Origin: Rhizodiscina lignyota
Taxonomy: Eukaryota
NCBI GenBank assembly: GCA_010015805.1
Contig: ML978135.1
Location: forward strand, 372,001-436,000
Direction: 5' to 3'
DNA: 64,000 nucleotides
The stretch's first letter is position 1; every line of letters starts with the position of its first letter. The notes beneath the pieces were generated by a model. That model worked only from the letters and a program-made list of their open reading frames with translations, was not told where the DNA came from and searched no databases. The position numbers and the translations under genes are program-made. Positions 11,625 to 23,329 of the stretch are shown piece after piece.

Positions 11625-12479
11625 GATTGTTTAGGTTGACTTTATATAAAGATGGGTATTGTTTGGCGATGGACTCGTTTGATGTCTCGTATATGGAGCT
11701 TGAGAAGAAATCGGAGAGTGGAGATATGGAGAGAGCTAATAGAAGAGATACTTATACCCTTCCTCACATTCCTCAATGTACAATCTTTTTGAGGAATTCC
11801 CTACAACGAGTAGCGGCATATGCGGCCATGATTGCATAAGCTGCGGGCTGTTGGTCCGTCACAAGCAAAACAATCCGCGGAAGTGTTGCGAGCAGGCGAA
11901 TGGAACGTAGAATTAAGCTCTGAGATCTGGAAAACCATTGCAAGTGGATTAGGAAACACTAAGCCCGTTTCGAACTAAATGAAGCACTTGAGTCGTTACT
12001 AATCCTCTTGGTTGCTCAGGTCGCTTACGAAACCTCGTTGGACCGCAACCAACAACTGCGCGGCGACTTTCACCGCCGACAGAAGTCAGCGCATAATTCG
12101 CTCATGACCCGATGACGCAGGGTGGCAGAACACTGATGCAATCGATGAATAGCACGAAGGATCTAATCTCATTGTAGTCTTCATCTTAATAAGTTCGATA
12201 GCGAAATTACACGTGTCCAGATTGTGTCTCTACTCTAATGCATTACGGTTAATGTTCAACGTGTCTAATTTAGAGTATCGTAAAAGTCGTGCAGTCTCAA
12301 ACCCATGCGTGATTTGAAAATTTCCGCGTAATTCAACTTCATCAAAGTCCGTCTTGGTGGTCTATTTGCTGCGCTGCGAACGTTGAGAATACAAAGTCCA
12401 TCGGACCCTATCGAAGCTCATTTCTCATGTTCCGGGATTCATGCCAGCTGTAAGACATGATACATCAGCGTCGGATTCT

Positions 12480-13232
12480 TTAGTTTCCTTCTCCTTCACG
12501 TCTGTTCATCATCCAGTACCACGCAGTGGCCGATTTGGCGGTCCGCGAAGTTCTCCCATCGAGTCTTCGATAAGCGTCGTCAGACTGCTCTGCATTGAGA
12601 AGCTCCCGCATCACCTGCTGTAAAGTAATACGTAGATCTGATACTGCTGGGTCTTCAACAACGCTGGCCCTGAGTCCAAGGGGGTCTCCAGACTTCAGCT
12701 CGAAGTACTTCAGGTTTGGAATGTCAAGAATAGCCCGTATGAACGGAAGATCCAGCAACTTAAGAGCTTCGAGGTTAGAATCGCCCTCAAACTCAACGTC
12801 TGGTGGAAAGTGCCAGGCGCGCCATGGATTTTGCGACAATGTCAAACGCCTGAACGTTCCACCATCTCTCGATAAGCTGGCAAGCGCTGAAACGCCATTC
12901 AGCGCTTCTCTTGGTTCCGCCCACAATCCAGACGAGAGCTCGACAATGTTGATATGCTTCAGATGGTGAATCACGGTACGATCAAAGAATGTCAAGAACC
13001 ATCTCAGATCGCGCGGTTTGATGAAAATTGTCCGATTGTGGAATAAATACGAAAGCACATCCACTCGCGTCTGGCGATCGATATGAGCGAGAGAGATGAT
13101 GTTTTGTAATTCTACGACCAAAGTCTCCTCGCCCTTCCTCGAATGATCCGTCAAGACAAGCAGATCAGTTCCAGGGGAGCAGTAGTCGTAGACTTGGCCG
13201 CGTAATTCGGCTGGCAATTTGCTGAGAAGCAT
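12480..13232 (-). CDS. Hypothetical protein with F-box-like N-terminus
   Basis: 250-aa ATG ORF beginning LLSKLPAELRGQVYDY, the LPxELRxxIY pattern of fungal F-box-like families. Confidence 0.6.
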   Translation of the reverse strand: MLLSKLPAELRGQVYDYCSPGTDLLVLTDHSRKGEETLVVELQNIISLAHIDRQTRVDVLSYLFHNRTIFIKPRDLRWFLTFFDRTVIHHLKHINIVELSSGLWAEPREALNGVSALASLSRDGGTFRRLTLSQNPWRAWHFPPDVEFEGDSNLEALKLLDLPFIRAILDIPNLKYFELKSGDPLGLRASVVEDPAVSDLRITLQQVMRELLNAEQSDDAYRRLDGRTSRTAKSATAWYWMMNRREGEGN

Positions 13233-13805
13233 GTAGCCGGTCCAAAAGTGAATGACGAAAGACTGAAATTCTAGGTTTTATGTGACTGTTAGAGACTTGG
13301 AAGATAGAGAGAGCAAGGCGTATCTTGAAGATGATGGGTCAAGGGAAGGTGCATCTGATTTCAGAAATGCATGATTCGGAACCATCTATCCGCTCTGCTG
13401 CCTGCACTGCGCCTGCCGCAGCGCCGCAGCTGAATTGAGGACAAAATTGCGGTGGACTTCGCCTTTGAACTGCCCAAATCCGGCCAACCTCAGTGACATT
13501 TAGTGCCACCATTATAACATCCTTTACATCCGGGCTACAAGTCGACCTCACATTTAAATCTATCATCGGAATTCAAAGATGATAGATGCAGCGACTTTTG
13601 ACTTTCAGTAATCCGCATTGGTCGTCAGCACGACCTTTCCGGCTTTCCATGTCGTTCACTACCGGTTCTTCTATCCATCATCATTGGAAGTCAACTGTTT
13701 TGTCACCATCGCGCTTCAAGAAACCTGAATGTTGTAATGCGCCTGCAAGAGGGTCTCGCCAGTCGTGAAATGACGGCGGCCTTTGACGAGTCTAATTTTT
13801 GCAGC

Positions 13806-15209
13806 TCACCACCCTTTAGCATACATGTTCCACTCTCGTTCATCATTCAAGCGATGTTTACAGTCGTCCATGAGCCCTACCACAACCTCCAAGCCTCCAC
13901 CCATCTCTGCTGGCAGAGGCGGCAGTGCAATCTGTAACCCATTCGCAAGACCTATGTCAGGAACCCTCAACGCGTCTATCCGACCCAGTTTATTTCCCCA
14001 GTCCAACTCGTACACCTTGACACCCGACCAGCTTGACTCAGTCACCCTCTTGCCCGGCATGTCCAAATGCGCTGTTGGCTGTATGCGGCCCAGGTCTGGC
14101 AGGTTATTGAACATCACCATCGTGTCGTCGTAGAAGGTCTTCGTCAGCGTTTGATGTGAGCGGCGAATCACGATTGCGACGTCCGCGAGCGGACATGTCA
14201 GAAGCCGGCGGATGGACATTGATGCCATGGCGTAGCTGCTGTAACTACCGAATGTATCTGGGTGCAGCGGTGGGTCTACACGAGAGCGGCCATTCAAGGC
14301 TAGTGTGAAGTGCGTGTCGAAGTCTTCGTCGACGGCAAGAGAGGAGAGTGGGAATTGGCAGCTTATGACGGTGCGCCACAGAAGTGCGGAGAGGGCGTCG
14401 TTGGTAGATATCCATGTCACGTCTTCGTGGGGAAGTTGGGCATTTGTCGGATCAGCGTTCCGTTTGAGCTCCTGCAGTGCTGACTTTGAGAAATGGAAGA
14501 CTTCGGCGGAGTGATTTGGGTCGAGAACGGCAGGCGGCAACTCGGTTGGCGTGAAGTCGAACAAGGTCCACTCTGGATGATCTTCAATTTTGCCTTTGAG
14601 CAAACCGTCTGGGTTATGGGGTGCCATGAAGCGCTCTCGTCCTTCAAATAAGGTATCTGGCAACTCTGCTGGATTGTTTGTGGGCAGACCTTGTGCTTTA
14701 CGGCACTCTTCTGCCCAAATCTCCAACACCTTACTCCAGCTCGATGCGTCACCTATGATATGCTGGCAGCTCCAACTCATTATCAATCCACCTGGGATGA
14801 AAGTGATTCTGGCGAGGACCATCGGAAAGCTAGTGCCCGGTGGACACCAGGTATTGTCGATGCAGAAAGTCTTCGCGTCAAAGGCGGAACATGGAAATCG
14901 GCGCTGTTTTAGCTCATCGTAGCTCATGTGATATTGGCCTGGTTGAGATAAATCCTGAACCTCGAAGTCCCGGAGCGAGCTTTTCACGAGCTTGTACGAT
15001 TCCCTCTGCGGCGCGCTCAAATCTGGGACAGCGTCACACGCAATGAGCGGAATGCGAGCTGCGGTGGCTTCGAAAGAAGATCGTAAAATTGATATGACTT
15101 CTCCCTTGTCATGGTCCGGAGGCAGGGAAAAGGGAAGCAGAAACCTCAAAAACACTTTCACGCCTCCTCTCTCGAGTATGGTAAGACTGGGGGCTGCGGA
15201 GACGTCCAT
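13806..15209 (-). CDS. CoA-dependent O-acyltransferase (BAHD/TRI101-like transferase family)
   Basis: Intronless 467-aa ORF with catalytic HxxxD (HIIGD), WISTNDALSALLW and DFGWG-like ELDWGNKLG. Confidence 0.9.
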   Translation of the reverse strand: MDVSAAPSLTILERGGVKVFLRFLLPFSLPPDHDKGEVISILRSSFEATAARIPLIACDAVPDLSAPQRESYKLVKSSLRDFEVQDLSQPGQYHMSYDELKQRRFPCSAFDAKTFCIDNTWCPPGTSFPMVLARITFIPGGLIMSWSCQHIIGDASSWSKVLEIWAEECRKAQGLPTNNPAELPDTLFEGRERFMAPHNPDGLLKGKIEDHPEWTLFDFTPTELPPAVLDPNHSAEVFHFSKSALQELKRNADPTNAQLPHEDVTWISTNDALSALLWRTVISCQFPLSSLAVDEDFDTHFTLALNGRSRVDPPLHPDTFGSYSSYAMASMSIRRLLTCPLADVAIVIRRSHQTLTKTFYDDTMVMFNNLPDLGRIQPTAHLDMPGKRVTESSWSGVKVYELDWGNKLGRIDALRVPDIGLANGLQIALPPLPAEMGGGLEVVVGLMDDCKHRLNDEREWNMYAKGW

Positions 15210-15540
15210 TTAGATGCAAGTCCGTTCGAAGTTCCTTCTGGGCTATCAATGGAGGTGTTGGGATGTCACGTATAAATAGTGGATGAGCCATATCGACTTT
15301 TCTAAGGCATTTACATTAGCGCAGCGCGGTGGAATTTATCGCTCGGTATGCAAACCTGATGACCAATCTCCAGATCCAGCATAAACGCTCGGATACGTAC
15401 CAGTTAGGAATCATTGAACGTATGAAGCAGCGAGGACTCAAAACGCATTTGTTCTGGCTTTCTTCGCCCTTCCGCTTGCATTCGGACCGGTTGTCGAAAA
15501 CGGCAACCGGTGATGGTCGGTTCGCAGCTCTGATCCCGCC

Positions 15541-15762
15541 CTACTCTTTTTTATTCCCGAGAACACCGAGAGCCCACAAGGCAAAGCATACCGCGATAAT
15601 AATAGATGCGATAACAGGTAGTAGGATGTAACGAAAGGGAAAGAAGCGCGTGCGTCCATTATGCAAGACCAATGGAATACGGTTCGCCGGGGAGCGGGGC
15701 TCCAGCGACGATGTAGCTGTCAATGTACTGCCCATAGTTGCAGTCTTCTTCACTGGATCCAT
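15541..15762 (-). CDS. Possible small membrane protein
   Basis: 73-aa ATG ORF with one long C-terminal hydrophobic segment. A TATAAAA box lies about 185 bp upstream on the minus strand. No family was recognised. Confidence 0.35.
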   Translation of the reverse strand: MDPVKKTATMGSTLTATSSLEPRSPANRIPLVLHNGRTRFFPFRYILLPVIASIIIAVCFALWALGVLGNKKE

Positions 15763-16749
15763 CTTATTGATGGATTCTTCGGTCTCGTTCGAAATCTAAG
15801 AGACTTCCAACACGTCTTATGAACATTCGGACACAGTCTGACAGGAGCGATCGTGGCGTTGCTGAGTTTCGGGGCTGACTCTATTGGTATCCGCCGATAC
15901 GATAGAGTGCGGTAGAGTAATCTTAAGGAGATGAGGGAGCCTCCTTTTATATCATACCCCTCGACCCATAGCACCTACATCGAGCTCTTTTCGCTTTTTG
16001 AACTTGTGCCTGTTTAATGAAATATCCGATATCAAAGAAGCGTTGACTGAATCTTAAGCATCCCCACCAACGCGCGGTATCTATTTTGCATCAGCCCGAG
16101 CCGCCGCCATCCTCCGTTTGCGAGCGCGTGCCGCTCCTCCATACTCCGTACCCCGGGGCTTATTATCAGCCTTCCAACTCTCGAACGGAGACCGCCTTTT
16201 ACGCGAGCTCCTTATGCGAACAAGACTTCATGCTGTGAAACCAGCTCGCGTTGCCTAACATTACTCAACGGTACCCCGCACGATTCTGAATTTATGGCGT
16301 CTGCTCGATCAGACCAGCACTGGAGAGAAAGAGCTTACAAGTACGGATCATGCACCAAGCGAGTCTCGCAGGCGCTGCTGGAGAGCTTCTTAGCTGCGGA
16401 CAGATCGATTGTAGGTCTCGCAATCGAAGGATGGGGCACACGCAGGCATCCCTTTCGTGCTACTGTAAAGCCTACTCACTATCGAATGATTGATCGACGT
16501 TATCTTATCACAGAGAAGAACAAAGCATGAATGGGGGAAGATGCAGCACTAGAGCTGTGCCGCTGCCGAACTGATGGTCGCGTGTTGCACGGTCGAATTT
16601 ATGCGCAGCAAGTCTCGCTTACTGTGCTTCAGTAGGTATCGAACAGAATCATGGTAATGACAGTCAAGCGGTCACGACCGAATTTCTCATAATGATCAAT
16701 GTTCGATTGATTTCTCCAAGGTCGCTACAGTAAACCGAGCACTTGATGA

Positions 16750-17421
16750 TCACCCTTGATGCTGCGTGCGAATGTGCCTGTTCAAATTGTCTTTTCTGGA
16801 GAAGCCTTGAATAGAGAACTTGCACCCTTCATACCGACAGAAAAAGCGCTCAAATTCTACGGTCTCTGGATGCCTATCTCTCAGATGACGTCGAAGGTCC
16901 TTTTTGAATTGCAAAGTCATGTCACACGTATTCATCGGGCATTTGAATGGTTTATCATGCTTTTTGAGGTGCTTGCTGCGCGGCAGTGTGAGAAGGAATA
17001 CCTGAGCACTTGTAATGGCTTTAACTTACTTTTTCATCCACCGTTGAGCAAATGTCTGGGAACATTTTTCGCATTGATAGGCAACAGTGGTCGTTTCGGC
17101 AGTAGTGACGGAGCCTGTCGCTTCCATAGATTCATTGGGATTCTTGGAGACATCGATGCTAGATCGTGATTGTTGTAAGGAGTGGTCGAAGATCGCATGA
17201 TCTTCCGAAGATTGCGCAGTCGAAGGCCAAAACTCTCTGTGCACCCCACCAACCTGTCCAGCAGGCACGGCAGTGCTTGACGACGGGCCCCAATCGTATT
17301 CCGGTAGGGGACCTCCATTACCGGACTGCAGCCACTCAGGACTAACGGATGTGAAAGTTTGGTGTAGATGGTCTTTTAATCCGGCTGAGCCTGGTGGATA
17401 CTGACTAGATATGGAAACGCG
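16750..17421 (-). CDS. C2H2 zinc-finger protein (three fingers), 5' end unresolved
   Basis: YQCEKCSQTF...(intron about 16978-17030)...KHLKKHDKPFKCPMNTCD...LRRHLRDRH...FCRYEGC...FSRKDNLNRHIRTQH. The frame stays open upstream to about 17421. Confidence 0.8.
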
Positions 17422-17674
17422 CTACTTGGAAAGAAGGGGAAGTGTTCAAGCCCGCTGGCAGACTGATAGAATACAAAGAGAGAGGGCCGACAGAAGCGAG
17501 CAGATTAGGAAGTTGATTAACTGAGTATAAGGAATGGATGTCGGTGACCCCTCTGGGGCTGACCGTGAAGAAAGAAGAGATGTATGAGAGGGAATAAGCG
17601 TCCTTATGTTACAATGAGAGATGGACCGTGGGCATTTCAAACGCGTACGCCGTATGGTTGATTCAATGGTCTGG

Positions 17675-17805
17675 ATGGTAGGCCTCAAACTCTGCCACTT
17701 TCTATCTAGTTCCGGATGACTAGCTGCATGGTAGGCCTCAAAATTCGGCACAGCTTCCTAGTCTCAGATCCCACAGCTTCACTAGCTGCATGGTAGGCCT
17801 CAAAA
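17675..17805. repeat. Interspersed direct repeat, 2 full copies plus 1 partial copy
   Basis: ACTAGCTGCATGGTAGGCCTCAAAA occurs at 17719-17743 and 17781-17805; the core ATGGTAGGCCTCAAA also occurs at 17675-17689. Confidence 0.9.
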
Positions 17806-18102
17806 CTCTCGCACTAGTGCCCTTTCGGCATCTATGAGAGTTCTGGTTGAGGGCATGCAACGCGATCAATTAGATTTGCCGTGGTTACACAGCACTGATC
17901 GTCTGCATTCAGCTTCCAAATGACAACGCAATGCGGAGCAGTGGCGTTCTCATCATATGGTAAGGGGCTTGGAGAGACCCGCATTAACGATCAGCTGTAA
18001 GCACTCGAAATCATTATTAAAGGTGACTTCAACACGAAACATTTGAGGTAGGTGTACCTAGTTACTGTCTCCTCAAAACTATCATTACTTCTGGAGTCTA
18101 CT

Positions 18103-18855
18103 ATGGCAGAAACAACTACATCGACAATCGTCGACTCTGTTGCCGTCATCCGTGAAATGCTCGATACCTTCGAAGATCTGCCCACATCGCCAGTATCAAT
18201 ATACGTAGATCTTGAAGGGATCGAGCTTTCAAGGAATGGCACTGTATCCATCCTTCAAATGTATATCCTACCACAAGACCATGCATATCTTGTCGACGTC
18301 CATTCACTGCACAGTCAAGCTTTCTCTACCACTGCAACGAATGGGAGAACCAGTCTGAAGACCATCCTCGAGTCGGACGTCATTCCTAAAGCGTTTTTCG
18401 ACGTGCGCAATGACTCGGACGCGCTATACAGCCATTTTCACATTCACCTCGCTGGTGTGGAAGATATTCAATTGATGGAATTAGCAACGAGGACTTTCTC
18501 CCGGCGAACTTTGAATGGCCTTGCCAAATGCATTGAGAGAGACGCTCCGATGAGCTCGGCCGAGAGATTGGCATGGAACACTGCGAAGGAAAAGGGCAAG
18601 GGATTGTTCGCACCAGAGCGAGGCGGGCGCTATGAGGTCTTCAATGAGCGCCCACTAGCCCCGGAGATTGTCTTGTACTGTGTGCAAGACGTCCGCATCC
18701 TCCCGAAACTGTTGTCCTATTATCAAAACAAGCTTGGTAACGCTTGGAAGGAAAGAGTCCAGGAGGCAACCAGGGACAGAATCATACAGTCGCATGGAGC
18801 AAATTTCAATGGCAAAGGACGACACATGGCCTTAGCTCCAGCAGGATGGCATTGA
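18103..18855 (+). CDS. DEDDy 3'-5' exonuclease (EXD1/Egalitarian-like single domain)
   Basis: ExoI VDLEG, ExoII FFDVRNDSDALY, DIQLMELA and ExoIII RPL...YCVQDV; intronless. Confidence 0.9.
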   Translation: MAETTTSTIVDSVAVIREMLDTFEDLPTSPVSIYVDLEGIELSRNGTVSILQMYILPQDHAYLVDVHSLHSQAFSTTATNGRTSLKTILESDVIPKAFFDVRNDSDALYSHFHIHLAGVEDIQLMELATRTFSRRTLNGLAKCIERDAPMSSAERLAWNTAKEKGKGLFAPERGGRYEVFNERPLAPEIVLYCVQDVRILPKLLSYYQNKLGNAWKERVQEATRDRIIQSHGANFNGKGRHMALAPAGWH

Positions 18856-19107
18856 CATTGTGTATCGTAAATGAAGAGTAGTTCTTGTTATCGATCATTT
18901 AGTTTGCCACTCCCAGAATGCGAAAATGATCTCGGAAGCTAGCGCACTCCCCTCGAGTTCGCCGTTGCGGCCAGCTCTCGCAGTGTCGTCCATCTACTCG
19001 GCCTTTTTGAGATGTATACCCTCTGATGTTTGATCTTTGTCGTTCGCATCGAAGCTCTCACGGATACTTTAGTTGATGTTCTCGATGAGCTTCGGTACCT
19101 TTGAAGT

Positions 19108-19719
19108 TCACACGAGGTCCTCGCACTCGTTACAGAGAAGCCCCGGGAGCAATTTGACTTTTACTTTGTGCAGAGTTTGATAACGCTTTTGAGCATCAAC
19201 CAGAAGAGCACTCATATTAACAATATTCCTTGCCGTGTCCTCGAGAGCCTCGGTAATTCCAGGTTCATGATTCGCCTCTCTACTCCAACACCAAGCATGG
19301 AAACAGACCGAAACGGTGAGGTTGGTAAGCGGAGCTCCTGGAGGGCAAAACTGGAGCGCATATGGAATACTCTTCCATGGTCGACTCCTATCAATAAGAC
19401 TGGTGGTAATAGGGCTGGCCAAATTCAACTTTTGGAGATGTTTCAAATTTCCGCCCACACGTAGGCAAAAACTGGGCAAGTGTCTAGCGTCAATCCATAC
19501 CCATACCGAGCTGAGAATTACTTTGTAAAATTCACCCCGTAGCTGTTGATTCGTGTGAAGAAGTGGGAAACTGATTTGAAACAGAGGGATGAATAAGGCG
19601 CTGTCTACCTCGCGCCGGTCGTCTAACATCCACTCGTAGATTTCGAGCCTGAGCTCGAGTGGAAGACGTAGTGAGTGGAAGACGTAGTAGGTGGAATGTA
19701 GGCTGCGACTTGTAGTCAA
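19108..19719 (-). pseudogene. F-box-like hypothetical gene disrupted at its 5' end
   Basis: LRLPLELRLEIYEW motif; no ATG upstream of that motif; a perfect 16-bp tandem duplication at 19657-19688 shifts the N-terminal frame. Confidence 0.6.
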
Positions 19720-20911
19720 TGATGCTAGTTAAGGTGTTCCACTACTGAATATGTAAAGTTGATAAAGTTGATGGTGAAAGAAAGCAATGCCGCTTGAGAG
19801 TTGTAAGCCTAGGCTGCAGAGCGCTCTCATATAAGGTAGTGAAGAGAAGAAAAGCATCTTGACATGTGACTTCACACTACTAAGGAGCTAATCTACAAAG
19901 CCGTTCACTGTATTAAGTTCCTCCGACTACTACAAGAGGTTTCGTATATCAATTAGTTTATATTCAACGTCATCCAGGAGTAACGTAATAAACCTGCGTT
20001 AGAAGTTTATATCAGAAGTTCTTAGGCAATAGCTTGTTAATCTTCTTGCATTAGAAGATTTGCTCCTTATTATCACGGAGAGGAGACACTATTACAGGTC
20101 TACACGCTCATGAGAAACCAGGTCCTTCGTACAACGTTGAGAATTCTCGCTCTGTTGTTTCTGACGCTCAGCACACAGTTGGGTTTCTTTCTCTCTTCGC
20201 CTCCCGAATAGAGTCAGTCACCTTTCAAGATTCTTTTTCAGCCTTCACAGCCTTCAGATTTTCTGAGGGCACAATGCCACTCAAGAACATACAAAATCTG
20301 AGAGCACAACTCAGAAGCAGCGCCTCACATGATTACCGCATCACACAGCTGAAGAATGGATACTAGTCAATCTCATCCGTCGTCGGCCAGTCCATCTCCT
20401 TGATTGCTCCTTCGAACATGTTCTTAATCCCCCCCTTTTCACCTTGGAATAGGAGCTACTGACGTTGGGCAAGGGAACGGCGAGTATCGAGTTACAACAT
20501 CACACGCTGGGTATTGAGAACTCATTTACAAGTCGGAACGGCTCCCATCTCTGGGCAGAAAGAGGTTGTAGAACGGCTCTTTACACGAAAGATTGCGAAT
20601 TGGGTGCGATATCTAGCAAAACTCCAATCACGTCCAACTGGAAGGCAAATCAAATGTTGAGAAAATTATTTTGAAGTTCTGTTATCTATGTCTCAATAAT
20701 TACTCACGGTTGTCACTTAGGTACGGTCTTTCAGTTTGAAGATTCTGAGAATGGGTTTTGTAACGAGAGAGTGCAAGTTGCTAGTTCCGATAGGCTTGTG
20801 ACATACGCACAAATTATTGCAATTAGAAGCCTCAGGAACAAGTTCCTATTCTAGCAGAGGTCTATTTAGTTTTCTAGGCTCGAGGATAACCCATCATGGA
20901 AACGTCCCCTT

Positions 20912-22000
20912 TCATAACGGAACAGTATCCGTGAACGACAATTCCTCATAATTCTGGAACGTGACATGATCGAATCTGTCTCCCTCGACTTCGGCGTTAT
21001 CAACAAGCTCTCGAAGCTCTTTCAACTCCGCATCCGTTAATCGCACATATGCTGCTCCTGCATTCTTTCGCAGCCGATCCACTCTAGTGGTCCCTGGAAT
21101 TGGAAAGATATCCGGGCCCTGCGCCAGGAGCCACGCCAGAGCCAGCTGCGTCGTTGTGCAGTTCTTTGCATCAGCCACACGCTCGAATCCATCAACGAGT
21201 TTCAAATTCTTGTCGAAGTTCTCAGGGGAGTATCGCGGGAAGCCGCGGCGCACATCGTTCTCGGGGAGGTCTGCAGGGGATTTGATGGTTCCCGTTAGCA
21301 TCCCACGACCAAGGGGACTGTACGCAACGATAGCGACGCCGAGTTCCCTGGCGGTAGAAAGAAGATTGGTCTCCTTCTTCTCGATCGAGAGCTCGAATGG
21401 CGAATACTCCATTTGCACGACTGTTATTGGATGGATCTTGTATGCTCTTCGAAGCGTTTCGGCGCTGCACTCGCTCAGGCCGATGTGTTTGATCTTGTCC
21501 TTCGACACCAACTCCGCCATTACCTCGACAGTCTTCTCAATTGGTGTGTCATTCCTGATACGGTGCGCATAGTATAGGTCGATGGAGTCGATTCCTATGC
21601 GAGAGAGACTTCGGTCACAAGCTTGTCGGATATAGTCTGGGTCGTTCCGAACCACATAGGCCCCCTTCTCATCTGCTGTGATTCCGAACTTCGTCGCGAG
21701 GAAGATGTTCTGGCGCTTGCCTGGATTCGCTGCAAACCACCTCCCAAGGATATCCTCATTATCCGTATACGCATCTGCTGTCAGCTTGTGAGCGCTTCTT
21801 TTGTCAAAATTGCTTAATGCTGATTTACCTGTATCCCAATGGCGCACTCCAAGACTGTAAGCAGCGTCAAGGACAGAGAAGATCTCCTCATCTGACTTTC
21901 TAGTGCTATAGAAGCCAGCGAACCCCATGGCGCCAAAGCCGAGCCGAGACACCTTCGGACCATTACGTCCTAGTTCACTCGTTGGGATGCTTTCTGCCAT
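20912..22000 (-). CDS. Aldo-keto reductase (YakC-like)
   Basis: LGFGAMG, WDTADAY after removing intron 21778-21828, FLATKFG, DLYYAHR, IGLSE, QMEYSP, AYSPLGRG and PIPGT. Confidence 0.95.
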   Translation of the reverse strand: MAESIPTSELGRNGPKVSRLGFGAMGFAGFYSTRKSDEEIFSVLDAAYSLGVRHWDTGKSALSNFDKRSAHKLTADAYTDNEDILGRWFAANPGKRQNIFLATKFGITADEKGAYVVRNDPDYIRQACDRSLSRIGIDSIDLYYAHRIRNDTPIEKTVEVMAELVSKDKIKHIGLSECSAETLRRAYKIHPITVVQMEYSPFELSIEKKETNLLSTARELGVAIVAYSPLGRGMLTGTIKSPADLPENDVRRGFPRYSPENFDKNLKLVDGFERVADAKNCTTTQLALAWLLAQGPDIFPIPGTTRVDRLRKNAGAAYVRLTDAELKELRELVDNAEVEGDRFDHVTFQNYEELSFTDTVPL

Positions 22001-22378
22001 TGTGTATCGCAATCGACAAGCGGAAGTTGAATGGATCCAGAAGCTGTATGTGTCTTCTCTGGATGTTGGCGTGGAATATCATGGCATTGATGTATTTATT
22101 CCGATACCTTTGCATGCACTCCACTCAGTTTTCGTCCGACTTCTCAATTTTCTTTCGTCCGGTGCTTCTGAAACTGGTCAGTAGACTGATGCCAAATCGG
22201 GAATAAACTAATCAAAGGCAACCTTCCAGTCTGTTTAGTTGCACAAGCATAACGGAGAATTCGGCCGAACAGATTTGAAGGCCAACGATATGTTTTGTAA
22301 CATTCAGGCACACAAGCGTCCAATCTAATCAAAGAGATAGTAGCTGCTATACCCTTAGTAGAAAGCAGTGCATGAGAT

Positions 22379-23329
22379 CTAAAACAATTTCAATCCCTCT
22401 TTATTGGAAGGGTCAAACGTCTGCTGCACGAGCCGATGCTCTCTTTGAAGAAAGTCCTTGAGCGTGCCCATTTTAATTCCGTATCCATTGACCTTTTCAA
22501 GATCAATAAGCTTGTGCATCTCGAGCATCGAGAGTTGGGCGGCGATGATTGGATTCTTTCCCGCAAGAGCCATGCTTTCCTCAAGTGTCCTGTAAACTGC
22601 TTTGATATCCTTCCCTGCTGCATCTGCCAACATTGGTACAACTTGCTCCACTGTCAATTTCTCTCCTGCAAACTCTATATTCTGGCCAGCAAACTTTTTC
22701 GGATCCACAAATGCTGCCGCACCGAATGCGCCGATGTCATTGGGGTCAATGAGTGGAAGGATCGTTGTTGGTTCGTAGGACGACACGAACTTCCCTTCTG
22801 ACGCAAGCTCTGGAAACATGAAGGTGTTCAGGGGCCAAAAGAAGTTGTTCATGAAGTATGCTGGGCGTAAAACGGTCCATGTATCAAAGCCGCCGTTGCG
22901 AACTTGTTCTTCCACGTTGTACTTCCCCTCAATCGTTCTCTGGAAAAGGCTCGACTCCCCATCCTGGCCGGGGACCTTCATTTTACCAGCACCCATGGAA
23001 GTGGAGGCCACAACGTGATGCACCCCCGCTGATTTGGCCGCTCCGAGGAGCAGTTTTGCTTGACGAGGCTCTGACCCTTCTTCGGCCAGGTTTGGCATTA
23101 AGACAAGGAACAGTCCATCACATCCGGCAACGGTGCGCTCGACTGCATCTTGGTCGTCTAAGGAGCCTTCGTAAAGGCTCACGCCAATGTCTTTCAATGC
23201 AGCGGCTCTTTCGTCCGCAGGGTCGCGGACAAGGGCATTGACCGCAATACCTTGCTTTCGCAGGTGGCGGGAAACGGCCGACCCTTGAGTACCGGTAGCT
23301 CGTGTAACGAAAACCTTTGAGATGGCCAT
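22379..23329 (-). CDS. NmrA-like NAD(P)-binding protein
   Basis: Rossmann start VFVTRATGTQG, ALVRDP, WTVLRPAYFMNN and LIDPNDIGAF; intronless. Confidence 0.9.
   Translation of the reverse strand: MAISKVFVTRATGTQGSAVSRHLRKQGIAVNALVRDPADERAAALKDIGVSLYEGSLDDQDAVERTVAGCDGLFLVLMPNLAEEGSEPRQAKLLLGAAKSAGVHHVVASTSMGAGKMKVPGQDGESSLFQRTIEGKYNVEEQVRNGGFDTWTVLRPAYFMNNFFWPLNTFMFPELASEGKFVSSYEPTTILPLIDPNDIGAFGAAAFVDPKKFAGQNIEFAGEKLTVEQVVPMLADAAGKDIKAVYRTLEESMALAGKNPIIAAQLSMLEMHKLIDLEKVNGYGIKMGTLKDFLQREHRLVQQTFDPSNKEGLKLF

Noticed and set aside
17675..17805. CRISPR-like repeat-spacer arrangement
   Set aside because: Only two full repeats are present, the context is fungal, and there are no cas genes.
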